Below the pieces are notes generated by a model, which saw nothing but the letters and a program-made list of their open reading frames with translations, made no database searches and was not told where the DNA came from. A stretch of DNA of 64,000 nt from NCBI GenBank assembly GCA_030141605.1, contig JAQGDQ010002381.1, forward strand, positions 186,001 to 250,000. Reading direction: 5' to 3'. Positions 51,204-63,092 of the stretch are shown one piece after another (position 1 is the first letter of the stretch; each line of letters opens with the position of its first letter). The DNA comes from Tubiluchus corallicola. Lineage: Eukaryota > Animalia > Priapulida. The translations under genes and the position numbers were made by a program.

Positions 51204-52577
51204 TCTCACACTTTTATGTATTATGTACCAGTTTGAAACTTCAACATTTTTCCAAAAATGCAAAAAGTGACAAATTTAGACAATATACAAGTACAGATTT
51301 AATTTATATATTATTTAATTGGTATGTCGGACACATGAAAATCAACATGTTTTTTCAAAATATTCAGCATTAGTCTTTTTGAGTTTGCCTTCAACTCATA
51401 TTATTGTCATTTGTCTCTTACTAAAAAATCAGTTACGTTCACTTAAGAACTCAAATTAATTAGAAGCTTCTGAATAAACTACACGGGTTTCCTCTTTACG
51501 AAACATTAGAAAAACCACAAAAGCTTATGATGTTTTCTGGGACCATGATGACGTGGCTTGATTCTGATTATGTAAGTAATCTGATTATGCTATGACGTAT
51601 AATATAATATGGCTTGATGTATATAATTCTGATTATGCTATGACATGTATAATATAATAAAGACAGATTTTACTATTGCGAGTCAGCAGAGAGATAGCTT
51701 GTAAAAGCATCAGTAGAAAGAAATGGAAAGCAAAATACGTTCAAATAAATACAATCAAATTGAAAATATTCGTCATTTCTGACAACCAAAAATACGTGTA
51801 TTATTGTGCTGACATGATAATAAAGATGACTGAGACATCAAATACACCTTGCAAGACTGAAGACAATTTCAGACAATATTACATACGCAATAGATTACAT
51901 AGGTCCCCATATTGATTTGATTACTGAGTGTAATCCGTAATAGGATACCCTGAACCTAGACCTGTGTGTGCATTTTCAATGAAATCAAATAACATGTATC
52001 CCCTAAAATACAACCACAAACATAAATGCAGGCCATATGAGTGCTTGATAAAGACACATAGAAAACATATGTGCAACAGTAATACAAAAACTGTGCTTAA
52101 ATCAAGTCATCTAAACCAAAAATCATTAGTATTCTTCAAGGTTATATACAGATGTAACCAACATTTCACTAGTGGCACACAGTGTTTTCTAGGAACTTAA
52201 TTTCTTAGTACAGATCTGTTTAGAAGTTACGAAAATATCCCTAGTCTATTGCTTCAGACTTAAAAGTAATTTTTTATAATATCAACTTATACAGGAACTA
52301 TTCTTCAAGAAATGGACTATGACCCCCCTATTGTTTGGAAAGCTTCTCGGATCTTATCCTAAATACTGCACATTTCAAGCAATTTGTGAGACAAATTGTG
52401 GTCATCCCCAATAACAGAACAGGTTTGAATAAGAGCCTGGCATATGACACTCTGTGCCATCACCTTTGCAGAAAATGCTAAAATTAAAATTATTTACACA
52501 ACTATAGCTATATGGAAAAGGGAAGAGTTAAGTGGTGTAGCCACGACTAAGCTTGCATTACAAGTAATGGGTTTAAA

Positions 52578-52698
52578 TTAGTCGAGAATGACGACTTGAT
52601 CCGAGCGTCCAAAACCGGGAGTTTTCACGTTCACTCTTCGCCACGGTTTGCGAGCGATCTTTCTCAGTTCGATTCCAGTCAACTGTTTACGAACTTTC
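52578..52698 (-). CDS. MTA1: MTA terminal coding exon (R2 module, SIM-like C-terminus)
   Basis: Acceptor tcttatttttag; [40 protein letters not shown], stop TAA at 52580-52578. Confidence 0.9.
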
Positions 52699-55600
52699 CT
52701 AAAAATAAGAAACAGCTCGAGCATAGGATACAAAACGCGATGAATATACATCTACTGCTTTTAAATTTTAATATTTCTATTGTTTATAACACAAGTATGT
52801 CAACGAAATCTGGTAAAAAAATTCCATGTAACAAACCTAGTATTATCAGTAGCATGGAAGTAGACATCATCGGGAGCCTCAACCCAGTTCAGTAAGTGTC
52901 TTTTTCCTGCGCGGTTCATCGAGATTTTATCCCGTCCGTTGAATCCATGTGCACCCATTCCCATCATAGCCTGCAGTCGCTGGGCACCGTACACGGCACT
53001 GGGACGCTGGAGAATTTGCCCAGTCTGAGGACTAGGAGCCAACACAGGACGCTTTGCTGGATGACCTATTAAAACAAAAAAGCAATGACTGTTATGGGCG
53101 ATGTGACATTAATTTGCAATATCATGTACCTAATAAGAGGCTTACAGCATCTTTAATATAACTGTCAACACTGGACAATGGTTTGCAGACAATCACTAAA
53201 ATAACTTGGGAAATTAAACTTGTAAATGTAAGAAATGTAAAAATGTAAAGCCGAGAATCGAACATTTTATCGACTGTGTTCAACTGAATATAATCCAATT
53301 CACAATTCAATCCAACTAACAATTACGTTGAGTGTACGTACTCCCCTTTAAACAAGAAAATTCTGTAACAATGAGCAACAGTCATTTTCCTCTGTAACCT
53401 ATTGCATTTTTCATTATGACCGTCACTTGACCCCTGACTAGATCATCATCTAGCATTTCTTTGCTACTTGGTACAATGCAATGAAACGTGTCATACAGAA
53501 ACAAATATATTCAGTTTTCAGCAACATGATGGTCACCTCGTATAAGGTTTCTTTGCCGTCTTTTTCAATTATTGATTAAATACAGCGGATTGGTTGGCTA
53601 TTTTTGTCAAACCTCAACTACATCTTCTCATGGTCCTTAAGAAAAACTGATAAGCGATTGCCAATGTATTGACAAGCCAAGAAGGAACATGTAAGTTTTC
53701 GACAAGAGGCTGGTTAATAGTTGTACATTGATTTGCAGTTTTCCATCTGTCTTCAGGTCAGTCTTTTATCCTCTGTCCATTAGTGCTCACTTAACAGAAT
53801 CTGATAAATGCTTGACAGAGTTTGGACAAAATCGTTGACATGTTCTAGCGCAAAAGCATCCTAAGGAACATCTCATCGTTCAAGTTTCGGACAATTATTG
53901 AAAATGTAGGTTTTACTTTGAAGGCAAAAAATTTATAAGTACTTGGGAACATAAAGCATAAAAACAATTTTTAATCGATGATAAATGATCTGAACGCTAA
54001 ATGGAATAAAAAATTACAAAATCTTAACACTAAGTTAATTCAATACGAGCTAATCCCAAACACAACCCTTCATTTATCTAATAGTACAGTATTAATGGCA
54101 GTGAGGGGTGGGGCACTCATTTTAAGCTGAAATCTTTAATAACAATGTAACTGCTGCTTACGATAATAGAAGCCGGGAGCTTAAATACAAAATTTTGTAG
54201 ATTTATTCTATGAGTTAGCAATAAATTTAATACGAGCGCAGTACAGGGCGAACTTGGCAAATAGCCCATTGGTATAAATATAATCTGTAGAATATAATCG
54301 GTATAAATAATTGGCTACTGGATAAGTCTAATCAATGTGATAAACAAAATGGAGAAAAAGTTTCACTGATATTTTAAGCTTAAATGTCCTGCCTTTACAT
54401 CTATGAATAATGATGACAGACACTTGTTTTCGGCAGGAAGTGGCAATCAAAAAACATTACTAGTTGTTTGTAATTTAATACGCAAACGTTTTCTAAATAG
54501 GAAGGATTTACGGAATTTAATATTTATACATTTTATTGTTACCTGATTTTGTTAAAGTGTTACTTGTGTATGTATAGTTGGGTTTATGGCATACATCAGG
54601 GTTTGATGTTGTTTTATAATATGTTATGTATCAATTTGTACTTATATTTCTTTTTGGCATTTTGTACGTAATGACCATGCACTCTGATAAATACACTTTC
54701 ATTCAATAAATTATTTAAAATATTCAGATGATAATTAGTGTGATAATAATTTGAATTTTTTTCTCTCGACTCAGTATTTCTTCCTCCATAGAATGGTGTT
54801 GGTCCCATGTAAAATTGTGGTTGTGTACGCAAGAGATAGAAAACATGTTTATTTTTAAAAAAACAAAACAATTATTTTATCGTCTGTTTATCGTACCAAC
54901 CTTGCCGTTTTAATTTTACTTTAGTCAAAATGATTAATCAGACAATAAACTTACTTAAAGGACAAAAAACTTTACTTACATAAAACTAAAAAAATCACCT
55001 TGAAATTTTGTATCACCTACATGCTGTCTTATTGCGTACAGAGCTTGTATTAGCAGCATCGCTAGATAAAACTTGAAAACTCCCGCGACGACCATCAGGT
55101 ACAGCCATTTTAATGGCAGGTCATTTAAAATAAGTTGAAAAAATAATCAGAGCATTCGTAGCGCACATTTCACTAACTGAACAAAGGTACAAATTGCTGA
55201 AACTTGTCAAAAAGATTAAAAATAAGTTTTTTTTGGCGAGTTAGAAGTGCAAACTTGAAGGGTGAGCCAATGACATTTTACCAATTGGTGGCGAGAACAC
55301 TACAATTTTCTTTCCCACTTACATACATTTTTCAACTAAGCATGATGCAAAGTGCTATAACTTTGTGTGGCAAGTTTTTTGGGATTTAAAACTGCTCGTT
55401 ATTCCACTTTAATTTCAAGCACCAGACTGATCTACTCAATATCACATTCCAAGAAACTAATCTAAGGAAACTTACCATCACCACCTGCATGATCAAATGC
55501 ACGTTTCTTCATGATGGTGGGTGCCAAGTTACCAATACCTGTGCTGCCACCTGTAACCATTTCAGACATTCTCTGCAGTGGATCAGTTACAGAACGAGCA

Positions 55601-58600
55601 GGCCTGGCACTTTTACGCTCTGAAATAAATGTAAGAATTGCAATCACCAATGCAATGCAATGCAGCAAACGTTAAATGATGCTCCAAGTCATAGGAAAAA
55701 TCAAGCTGCACTAAGCATCTTGAACTCCCAGTAAGGTTCTTTTACCTTCTTAGATAAGCTACGTTTTGTCTAGGAATCGAGTGAATTCTACGAAAAACTG
55801 GAAAGCTAAATACAGAAATTTACAGTTTACAATGGCCCAGTCCATGAATGAACTTCGACAAATGTAAAGCTTTTGCTTGCATTTAGTCAAAGTACTTCCT
55901 TAAGACTGACTAAGTCAACCACACAAGCAATCTCATCAGCCAAGACAGCTTTCTAGATGGATAAGCTACGCTCACTATTGAAAACAAAGTTCTTATTTGA
56001 TGAAACATAATGATGTGAAATTTCCCCTTACTTGTCTAGTATTCGTGTTTCAAAAATTAGAGGTGGCAACATCCTTCAAATTAATTGACAAGCTTACGTG
56101 ATACGCGGTCCTCCCGAGGCATTATCGCAGCGGGCTTGACGGGCGTGTCCCGAGACTCTCTAGTTGCAGTTCCTCCGGTAAGAACGTCTGGTTTGCCAGT
56201 TGATAAATCTATTCCCAAGCGTGCCACAATGTCGTCTGTTCCTGATCGCTTCTTAGCAACCATCTTGCCTATAATTACGTAAACACTGTACATGTATTAT
56301 GGTGCAACTGTGATAGCTTAACAAAATCTACGCAAGCATGTAACATTTCAAAATGGCCAACCAAACCTATAAGACGAATCAATGACTTGAATTAAAATAC
56401 TACATTACGGAGAGAAATAAGGCAATTCAAAGAATCAACTAAAGGGTGGGTTGTGCTAACGCATTATCTATTTTACAGTTGACTTAAACCTGCCACTCTG
56501 TACGACAGAGTGGATGCTCGTACAAACACATTATCTGACTTCTGCTCTCATCAAGGATTTGGATGGTTTCTAGATGAAGCTTACTCATGGAATGACCAGA
56601 ATAGCAAAAACAGTTGCAGGTATAGTCTGGTTCTGAGGGTGCCCTCATCACTGAGTTCACGTCGGTGTAACTTAAGCCAGCCACAAAAAAATTGTTTCTG
56701 TCTTACCTCATCAACTCAAAAGATGGCAGCAGGAAGGGAAGAAAATTTTTTTTTAAAGCTTTGTGAATGTGAATCGTGGAATATCAATTTCATTTGAAAT
56801 TGAAGTTTGTTTACTTTCCACTGGTTAGTAGTAATGCTTTAAATTTTTTCAATGCACATTTATCACGCTTTGATTTTTAGCTTTTTGTTTCACATTACTA
56901 AACTGTCGTACAGTATCAATTATCATGTAGTCTCTTTTTTGTATAGTACAAATATATGATCTGATAATCACGCCTAAGCGGCAGTACTACTCGGGCGTTA
57001 ATAGCCATTAATATGCTGATTAGGCAGAAAAAATTATACGTTCTAGCCTCCAATACAGTAATCAGCATCATACAAAATGGCAACCCTGGAGAGTTTGGCA
57101 ACCCAAAAAACATGGATGCATCCTCGCTGAAATAATAATTATTGCATTTTACATTTGAAATTAAAAAGAATGAGTCGGTGAGACTTAATAGGGAAAAGCT
57201 GGGAAGAAGAAGATTTGAAATTTAAAAAAATACTATTTTACATGAGTGTGTCAGTATATGAACATACAAAAACAATTATAAAATTACCCGGGTGATTAGA
57301 TGGAAACAGAAGTATTTTTACTGTCGGCCTTAGGCATGAGAATCATAATTATTAATCCCCTCCTACATGCTTTGCCCACCCTATTGTCACAAAGTTTGTT
57401 AGGCCAACATTAACATGTTGTTTTTTAGTTTTTTTATCTGCACCTGCGAGCGTTCAATGTAATAGTAGTATACTAGTACTTATAACTGTAGAACAGTAGC
57501 AGTGGGAAAGGCAGCAGCAACAATTACTGAGTTCATTGCCTTTTAAATGTCTACTTAAAACAATGTGGGAATCAAGAAATGGCTTCACTCTACCAATCTA
57601 TAATTTATAAACTAATAGAAATGGCTTCACTCTACCAATCTATAATTTATAAACTAATAGACTATTTACTCAGCAAAATGAAATATTTGTTATGGCTTTC
57701 ATAACCTTACTTTGAATAAAATGGATGTATCCATATAATCTGCTTAAAATGTATATGAAGTATGACTATCACACATTTTAATTAAACTGTAATTATGTTA
57801 ACCAACCTAAAGGTTTGTCTTTATCAGCAGCAATCCTAGCTTGGCATTCTGCTTTAATCGCTGCTGCATTGATTGGTTCAAAAGGTTTTCGCCCGGCGTG
57901 TCGAACTCGCAACATGTCACCACACACTCTCCGAGCAAGACGAGTCAGAGGTGTAGTGTGCAGGCAGAATGCTGCCCGAGTCTTTACAATGGGACGAGGA
58001 CTCCCGGAGCGCATCGCGAAGCCATGCATAGCTGCACAGTGACGAACCAGCTGCGTGCGCATCTTAAACTCCTTTCCACAACCTGCAAATGAACAAATTT
58101 GAACGTGCAATCATAAACCAGGACTATGAAACAGCCAAAAGACTAAACATGAAAATGATTTCTTTGTTGATTCAAGAAGCCAGAAAATCAATAATGTTTT
58201 GATGCAAAATAAAAATGTTTCTTTCACAAAAAGTGCGAATGAGAAAAAAAATGAGAAAAACTGTGTTCTTTGTATTTATTTCCAGTCCTTTAAAACACTA
58301 GTTTTCATGAACTTTTTCAAGTATTTCCTAGCAAAAATTTGCTCACATATGCAAAAATACCTCCATAACTGTAGTTCATTCAGCCTATCAGCACATGTGA
58401 AAATAAAGAGAAAACCATTAATAATTATGCTGGAAATTTTGATAGAAGTGAGAGTTCAGTGGACAGGGTTCCTACAGAATTTTAAAATAAATTTCCATGA
58501 CCTCCGAAACTTTTACCTGACCAAATATAGATTTTCCATGACGAAGATAAGCAGAAACTGTATTACCAGTAAACGTAATTAAACATTTTTATGTGTGGAC

Positions 58601-61600
58601 ATTCATACATATACTGATATATAATGTGTCTGCACAATTGCAGTAGTGCTAACGAAATGACACTAATTACATTAAATAAACTTTCTTAATCCAATCATTA
58701 TTTTTGGCACAGAAATTGAAACTGGGAGCCTGCCATAGCAAAATTTTATTTGAATACGAATCGCTGAAAAATATGTTTGAAAAAATATCGGTCCATGGTG
58801 ATTATTTTTGCAACGATTTCCAATTTCCCGGACTTTTCACCCCATTTTCATCATTTTCCCTGACTTTTCCATGACTTTCCAGGATAGCCTGCATTTTTAA
58901 GGATTTTCCCTGACCGTGGGAACCTGAGTGGAGCATGCATGTGACGGAAAAGGAGAGTAAATATTTCTACTGACATTCATAAGTTCTTATCAAGGTTGTA
59001 GAGTTGTGTTTAATTTGACAAGATATATTCAATGTGAATTTTCTTTTATATTTAAAATAAATCGAGTCCAAAAAATGTTGCATGATTTTAATAAGTAAAA
59101 CTGAACTGTTACTGTCACCTTGAATAATTTTCAACTCACCAAGAACACTGCATTTATATGTCTGCATCTGCATCTGAGCAGCCTGATTTTCTGCCTGCTC
59201 TAATCGGGTTGGCATTTTCAGGCCTCCGTACTTCTTCCAGTATGTCCAGCAGTTGGCACAAACACGACAGTGCAGGTGCGATGCACCCCAAGCATACCTG
59301 GGAAAAAAAACGTAAATAAAAATAGTGAAGTTCAACACAATAATTGCAGAAGAATTTAAAGTCAACAAACTGATCATTAGTGCCTTGGAATATTTTATAC
59401 AATTTGCCACTCAGTACGCCAAGTTCAAGCCACTAGTAACAAGGATTATGTATTTTGACATGCATTTTTGAGGATAGAAGCTTCTCACAGTATCCTTTAA
59501 GATGAGAAATTGAACTGCTCATTTTTATTTATTTATTTTTAGTTATTACGAAAACACCAAACAACAATACAATATAGCAAAACACATTACGATGACAAGG
59601 TGTACATAAGATTATATAATTACATTAATTTCATAATAAAATTGGCATGACATGATATCATTAATGATGCAGGTGTTAGGGTGCAAAAAGGGAAGGTAAA
59701 AAATGATGGACTGATAGTGTAGGAGATGGGAATTAGTACGATTAGGTTAGTGAAATGATGTGGATTAGTTGAATATGAGATTGCTATTAAGACATTGCAA
59801 AAATATATATATATATTTATGAACAGAAGTACACTATCGGCCAGTCTGTCACTCACTGTAAATCTGAACATACGCGTGAACATACTATACAAGGTCAACC
59901 TTTAATTCGCATTAAAGAATAAAGTTTTCAAACTTTTTTTGAATCTTGGTAACGACGAAGTTGAATTAGTACTTGCAGGTATTTTGTTCCGCATGGTTAT
60001 TGTCTCTTTACCACATTTGGAAGCACTTATCTCAAGAAATCTCTGACAGATAAACCCAATTGCCAAAACAGCTTACCACTGATGTGAAACACTGGTAAAG
60101 CAGCTTTCACACGCACGAGAATCGACACCCTCAAATCCATTTCTTTGGCCCTGAATTGCTGCAGGGTTAGGTTTGTTGTAGTTTGGAATGTACACTTGTT
60201 TCAACTTGCTTTCTGCCTCAACGGCTTTTACACGTTTCTGCTGTACATAACGGTCTGTTGTTTTCCACATGTAGTAGTATCTGAAATAAAAAAATGGATC
60301 ACATAGAGTATAAAAAAACATAAAATTTTGAATGATCACCCAACGAAAAGATCGACGCTGGTCTCCACCAACTATGGCTTCGAACAATAACCTTTATTGA
60401 AAAATACTAAGCTAGAAAATTAATGCAGTGTTTGTGTTCTTTTTAAACAACTTTCACTCTTATAATTTCCAAACACACTTTTTTATCAAAAAACCATTTT
60501 ACCATATTTCCAAGAAACACTTAAGCTCTTAAAAGGTTTTTCAGACCTAATATTATATTACTACTCCTTGCAAAATAAAATTATGGATGTAAAATTGCAA
60601 TCTAGCACCTGGATGTAAGGTATACCACTAATGTCACACAACTACATAAGGTAAAAGCAAAAAAACTAACCAGTTCTTCATAATTTTAATGGCTACTCAA
60701 GCATCTGTTTATCTTAAGCAACAATTCAATGAACAAACACTTCACAATTAAATAGTACAGCAGGAAATAAAGTTAAGATTATATACTAAAGAGTGATTGC
60801 TCTGAGTTCTAACAATTTCTCATCATTGTTTCATCTGCCATATTGGTGAACTGTTGACAAGTTGGCTTCTGGTAGTGAAATGTCGCAAATCTTAAATCTA
60901 TAAACCAAATTTTCAACATTACTGTACATGCGCATACTCTATAATGTTCTTTAAAGATTTCCATGGTAAGAAGTCTTGTCTAATGTCACCAAAATCTTTT
61001 CCGTATTTCTCAATGGCTTCTTCAAAAAGATTTGCTTCGGCAGCCGACCACTCCTCCATTTCATCGCGACACAAGACTGGGCCACTTGGTGGCACAAGTG
61101 TTGAAATTGCCTTTGAGAGATCGTAACCTATAAAAAATACACTCTAGCAAGACGTTGTTAACCGCAAAAAAAATTAAAAGTACATTATTGTATTAATGTA
61201 CACAAAAGTGCATTAATTATAATAACTGCAAACAGGTTAACTAAACTGTGTAAATAAAATTTAGCTATATTTTTCTATCTAATAAAAAATACCACTCTAT
61301 AAATTACAGAAAAGTAACAACATGAGACAGGCTTTCCAACGTTCACTACGTTTCAAACTTCAATTATAGAAACCTTGATAAAATCCTCAAAAATCATACT
61401 CACTGCTAACACATACTGTGTTTTAAATATAGTAATTTTTAAATAAAAACTGTCATTTCAAAGGCACCTTTACACTAACAACCAATAAATTGGTTGGTTA
61501 CTATTAATTTAAGCAAGCTTAGACAAATTTTTTTAAGTTATATCGGATACAGTATATAGTTGCAGCTAGTACTTTGGCCAGAAATCTAAGCTCTCTAAAG

Positions 61601-63067
61601 CTAATACAGTAGGTGTCACTTAATAGACTCACTTTGGGACCGAAGTGTTTTTGTCCAATTAACCGACTGAACCTATTAACCGATGGGTACAGTATTACTG
61701 GTATAGAAGTATGAGTCAACAGCTTACTATGCACTGCAAATGTTTTAATGAATTTTAATGGATCTGCTGTTGTATGATCACGCATAAATTTTCGAAAGAA
61801 ATACTTAGTGTTTGGCGTGCTTAAACTGTTAGTGGTGCCCGTGTTTCCCCGCAAGTAGCTTCGTCGGTAGGTTCGCCTAAGCTCCTGCTTGCTATAATTG
61901 TGACATACTTACTGTACTGTGTAACTACGGCCAAATCACGTTGAAAACACCGGTTCTCATCTGATCACCGAAGTTAAGCAACATAGAGCCTGGTTAGTGC
62001 GCCTAGGAATACCAGGTGCTGTAGGCTTGCGGGATGCCCACACTGTATCTCGACACTAGGCAAGGAGCTGCACAAGCAGCCAAAGACTAGAGGGCGGAGG
62101 AGGTCAAGTGACTCAATGGCCATGTGTAGAGGAGTAAACCTTCCAAATCAGGAGTGGAGCCCCGAAGGCGGACCAGTGTGCAGTGTGCTCACTGACTCCG
62201 GCAGCTCCTGCAGCCAACTTGGTGCCAAACGTATCGCCCCGCTTTCCTTTGGACTACACCAGGGATGCCAGCAACTGTACTGTACCTGCATCCAGCAACA
62301 TCTAACTGATAAGACATTCTGGCAAAAATAGTCAGAGCTTCAAAAACAAATCGCTAAGCAAGTGACTAAATGTTTAGCTTTCAAGAATTCTTGGGTAACC
62401 AGGTTAATTGCAGTGGCCAGGCGGGTCAAAGCAAACCATTAGGCTAGCATATTAGCATATGATAAACGTTCCTGCTTATAAACAAAACGGTACTTAACAT
62501 GATTGTTTCTTATGTATATTATAGGACAAAAGCGAACTAAGATGATATAAAAGTCATAAAAGCTTATTAATCATGGGAAAGTGTCTTATTGAATCATGTG
62601 AAGCAAAAATATTGATTCAATTATGCAGAGTTATTTAAGTCAATTACCGACAGTATTTATGTACATTTCAATAGAAGTGGCCCGTACCAGGCGTTTTTGA
62701 GTCAATTAATTGATTGAGTCTATTAACCGTGAGTCAATTAAGTGCACCTACTGTATCAATTTAATAACCCGCGCCTACAAAGTTATTAAAACAGAAAAGA
62801 AATATTAGCAAACTAATCAACTAAGGTGTTTACCGGACAAGTGCAATACATTCATTGCATGGAATAAAGTTACATCTCTAGAAGCAGCAGCCGCGCTCAT
62901 GTGCAGACTCGGCTGTTTGACCGTACTAGAACAATCTAAAGCACGAGCAAATGTTCCCACTGACCGAGCAATGACCATAAACTGGTCAATTTGAATATCA
63001 GATAATGGATTCTCTGGCGTGTAAATAAGACTTTCCAGTTCAGACACAACACGATTGTCAGATTCAC
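52578..63067 (-). CDS. MTA1: Metastasis-associated protein (MTA1-like, NuRD subunit); 3' nine coding exons, 5' part (BAH domain, start of ELM2) outside the window
   Basis: Exons 63067-62834, 61127-60938, 60280-60077, 59297-59140, 58082-57807, 56268-56098, 55619-55476, 53065-52837 and 52698-52578 join with GT..AG boundaries and matching phases into one ORF. It contains the MTA hallmarks [58 protein letters not shown] and APDDVYF, and ends QVVILD*. Confidence 0.96.
52837..53065 (-). CDS. MTA1: MTA penultimate exon (start of the R2 module)
   Basis: Acceptor ttttgttttaatag, donor AG|gtttgt; ...[22 protein letters not shown]. Confidence 0.9.
54959..55385 (-). mobile_element. Family B Kolobok-like element in an MTA intron
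   Basis: TTAA|AGGACAAAAAAC terminus; GAGCATTCGTAGCGCAC and TGAAATTTTGTATCACCTAC are reverse complements of family B blocks. Confidence 0.65.
55476..55619 (-). CDS. MTA1: MTA exon (linker with KKR basic patch)
   Basis: Acceptor atttatttcag, donor G|gtaagt; 144 nt, phase 1-1. Confidence 0.8.
56098..56268 (-). CDS. MTA1: MTA exon (linker region)
   Basis: Acceptor aattatag, donor C|gtaagc; 171 nt, phase 1-1, keeps frame with its neighbours; sequence poorly conserved. Confidence 0.8.
57575..57661. repeat. 42-bp perfect tandem duplication
   Basis: AGAAATGGCTTCACTCTACCAATCTATAATTTATAAACTAAT occurs twice. Confidence 0.9.
57807..58082 (-). CDS. MTA1: MTA exon: remainder of the C2H2 finger and R1 (RBBP4-binding) module
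   Basis: Acceptor tttgcag, donor G|gttggt (weaker); [21 protein letters not shown]...[27 protein letters not shown]...[11 protein letters not shown]. Confidence 0.9.
58464..58926. mobile_element. Non-autonomous DNA transposon with apparent 6-bp TSD, in an MTA intron
   Basis: CAGGGTTCCTAC ... GTGGGAACCTG termini; subterminal TTTCC(A/C)TGAC repeats; AGTGGA at 58458-58463 and 58927-58932. Confidence 0.7.
59140..59297 (-). CDS. MTA1: MTA exon: second half of the GATA-like finger and start of the C2H2 finger
   Basis: Acceptor tttttcccag, donor G|gtgagt; [33 protein letters not shown]...YKCSVL. Confidence 0.95.
60077..60280 (-). CDS. MTA1: MTA exon: SANT end to first half of the GATA-like finger
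   Basis: Acceptor tttatttcag, donor TG|gtaagc; [39 protein letters not shown]...ACESC. Confidence 0.96.
60938..61127 (-). CDS. MTA1: MTA exon: ELM2 end and SANT domain ([62 protein letters not shown])
   Basis: Acceptor ttttttatag, donor GA|gtatgc; 190 nt, phase 1-2; not in the ORF track on this strand, translated manually. Confidence 0.95.
61607..62753. mobile_element. Tc1/mariner (pogo/Tigger-like) MITE in an MTA intron, carrying a nested SINE3
   Basis: TA TSD; TIR CAGTAGGTG(T)CACTTAAT(A/T)GACTCAC at both ends. Confidence 0.85.
61923..62273 (+). mobile_element. Internally deleted copy of the 5S/RTE SINE3
   Basis: 5S head with a 14-nt deletion, body shared with 17663-18231, jump from CACCAGGGA to TGCCAGCA; TSD ACTGTACTGT (61911-61920, 62274-62283). 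Confidence 0.85.
62834..63067 (-). CDS. MTA1: MTA exon: ELM2 domain ([13 protein letters not shown]...[10 protein letters not shown])
   Basis: Acceptor tttttag|GT at 63068, donor G|gtaaac at 62833; 234 nt, phase 1-1; [39 protein letters not shown]. Confidence 0.95.
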
Positions 63068-63092
63068 CTAAAAACAGACAAACACATTAGTA

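Noticed and set aside
57815-58092. Plus-strand ORFs overlapping MTA exons (also 56085-56282 and 60944-61126)
   Set aside because: Antisense shadows of real coding exons.
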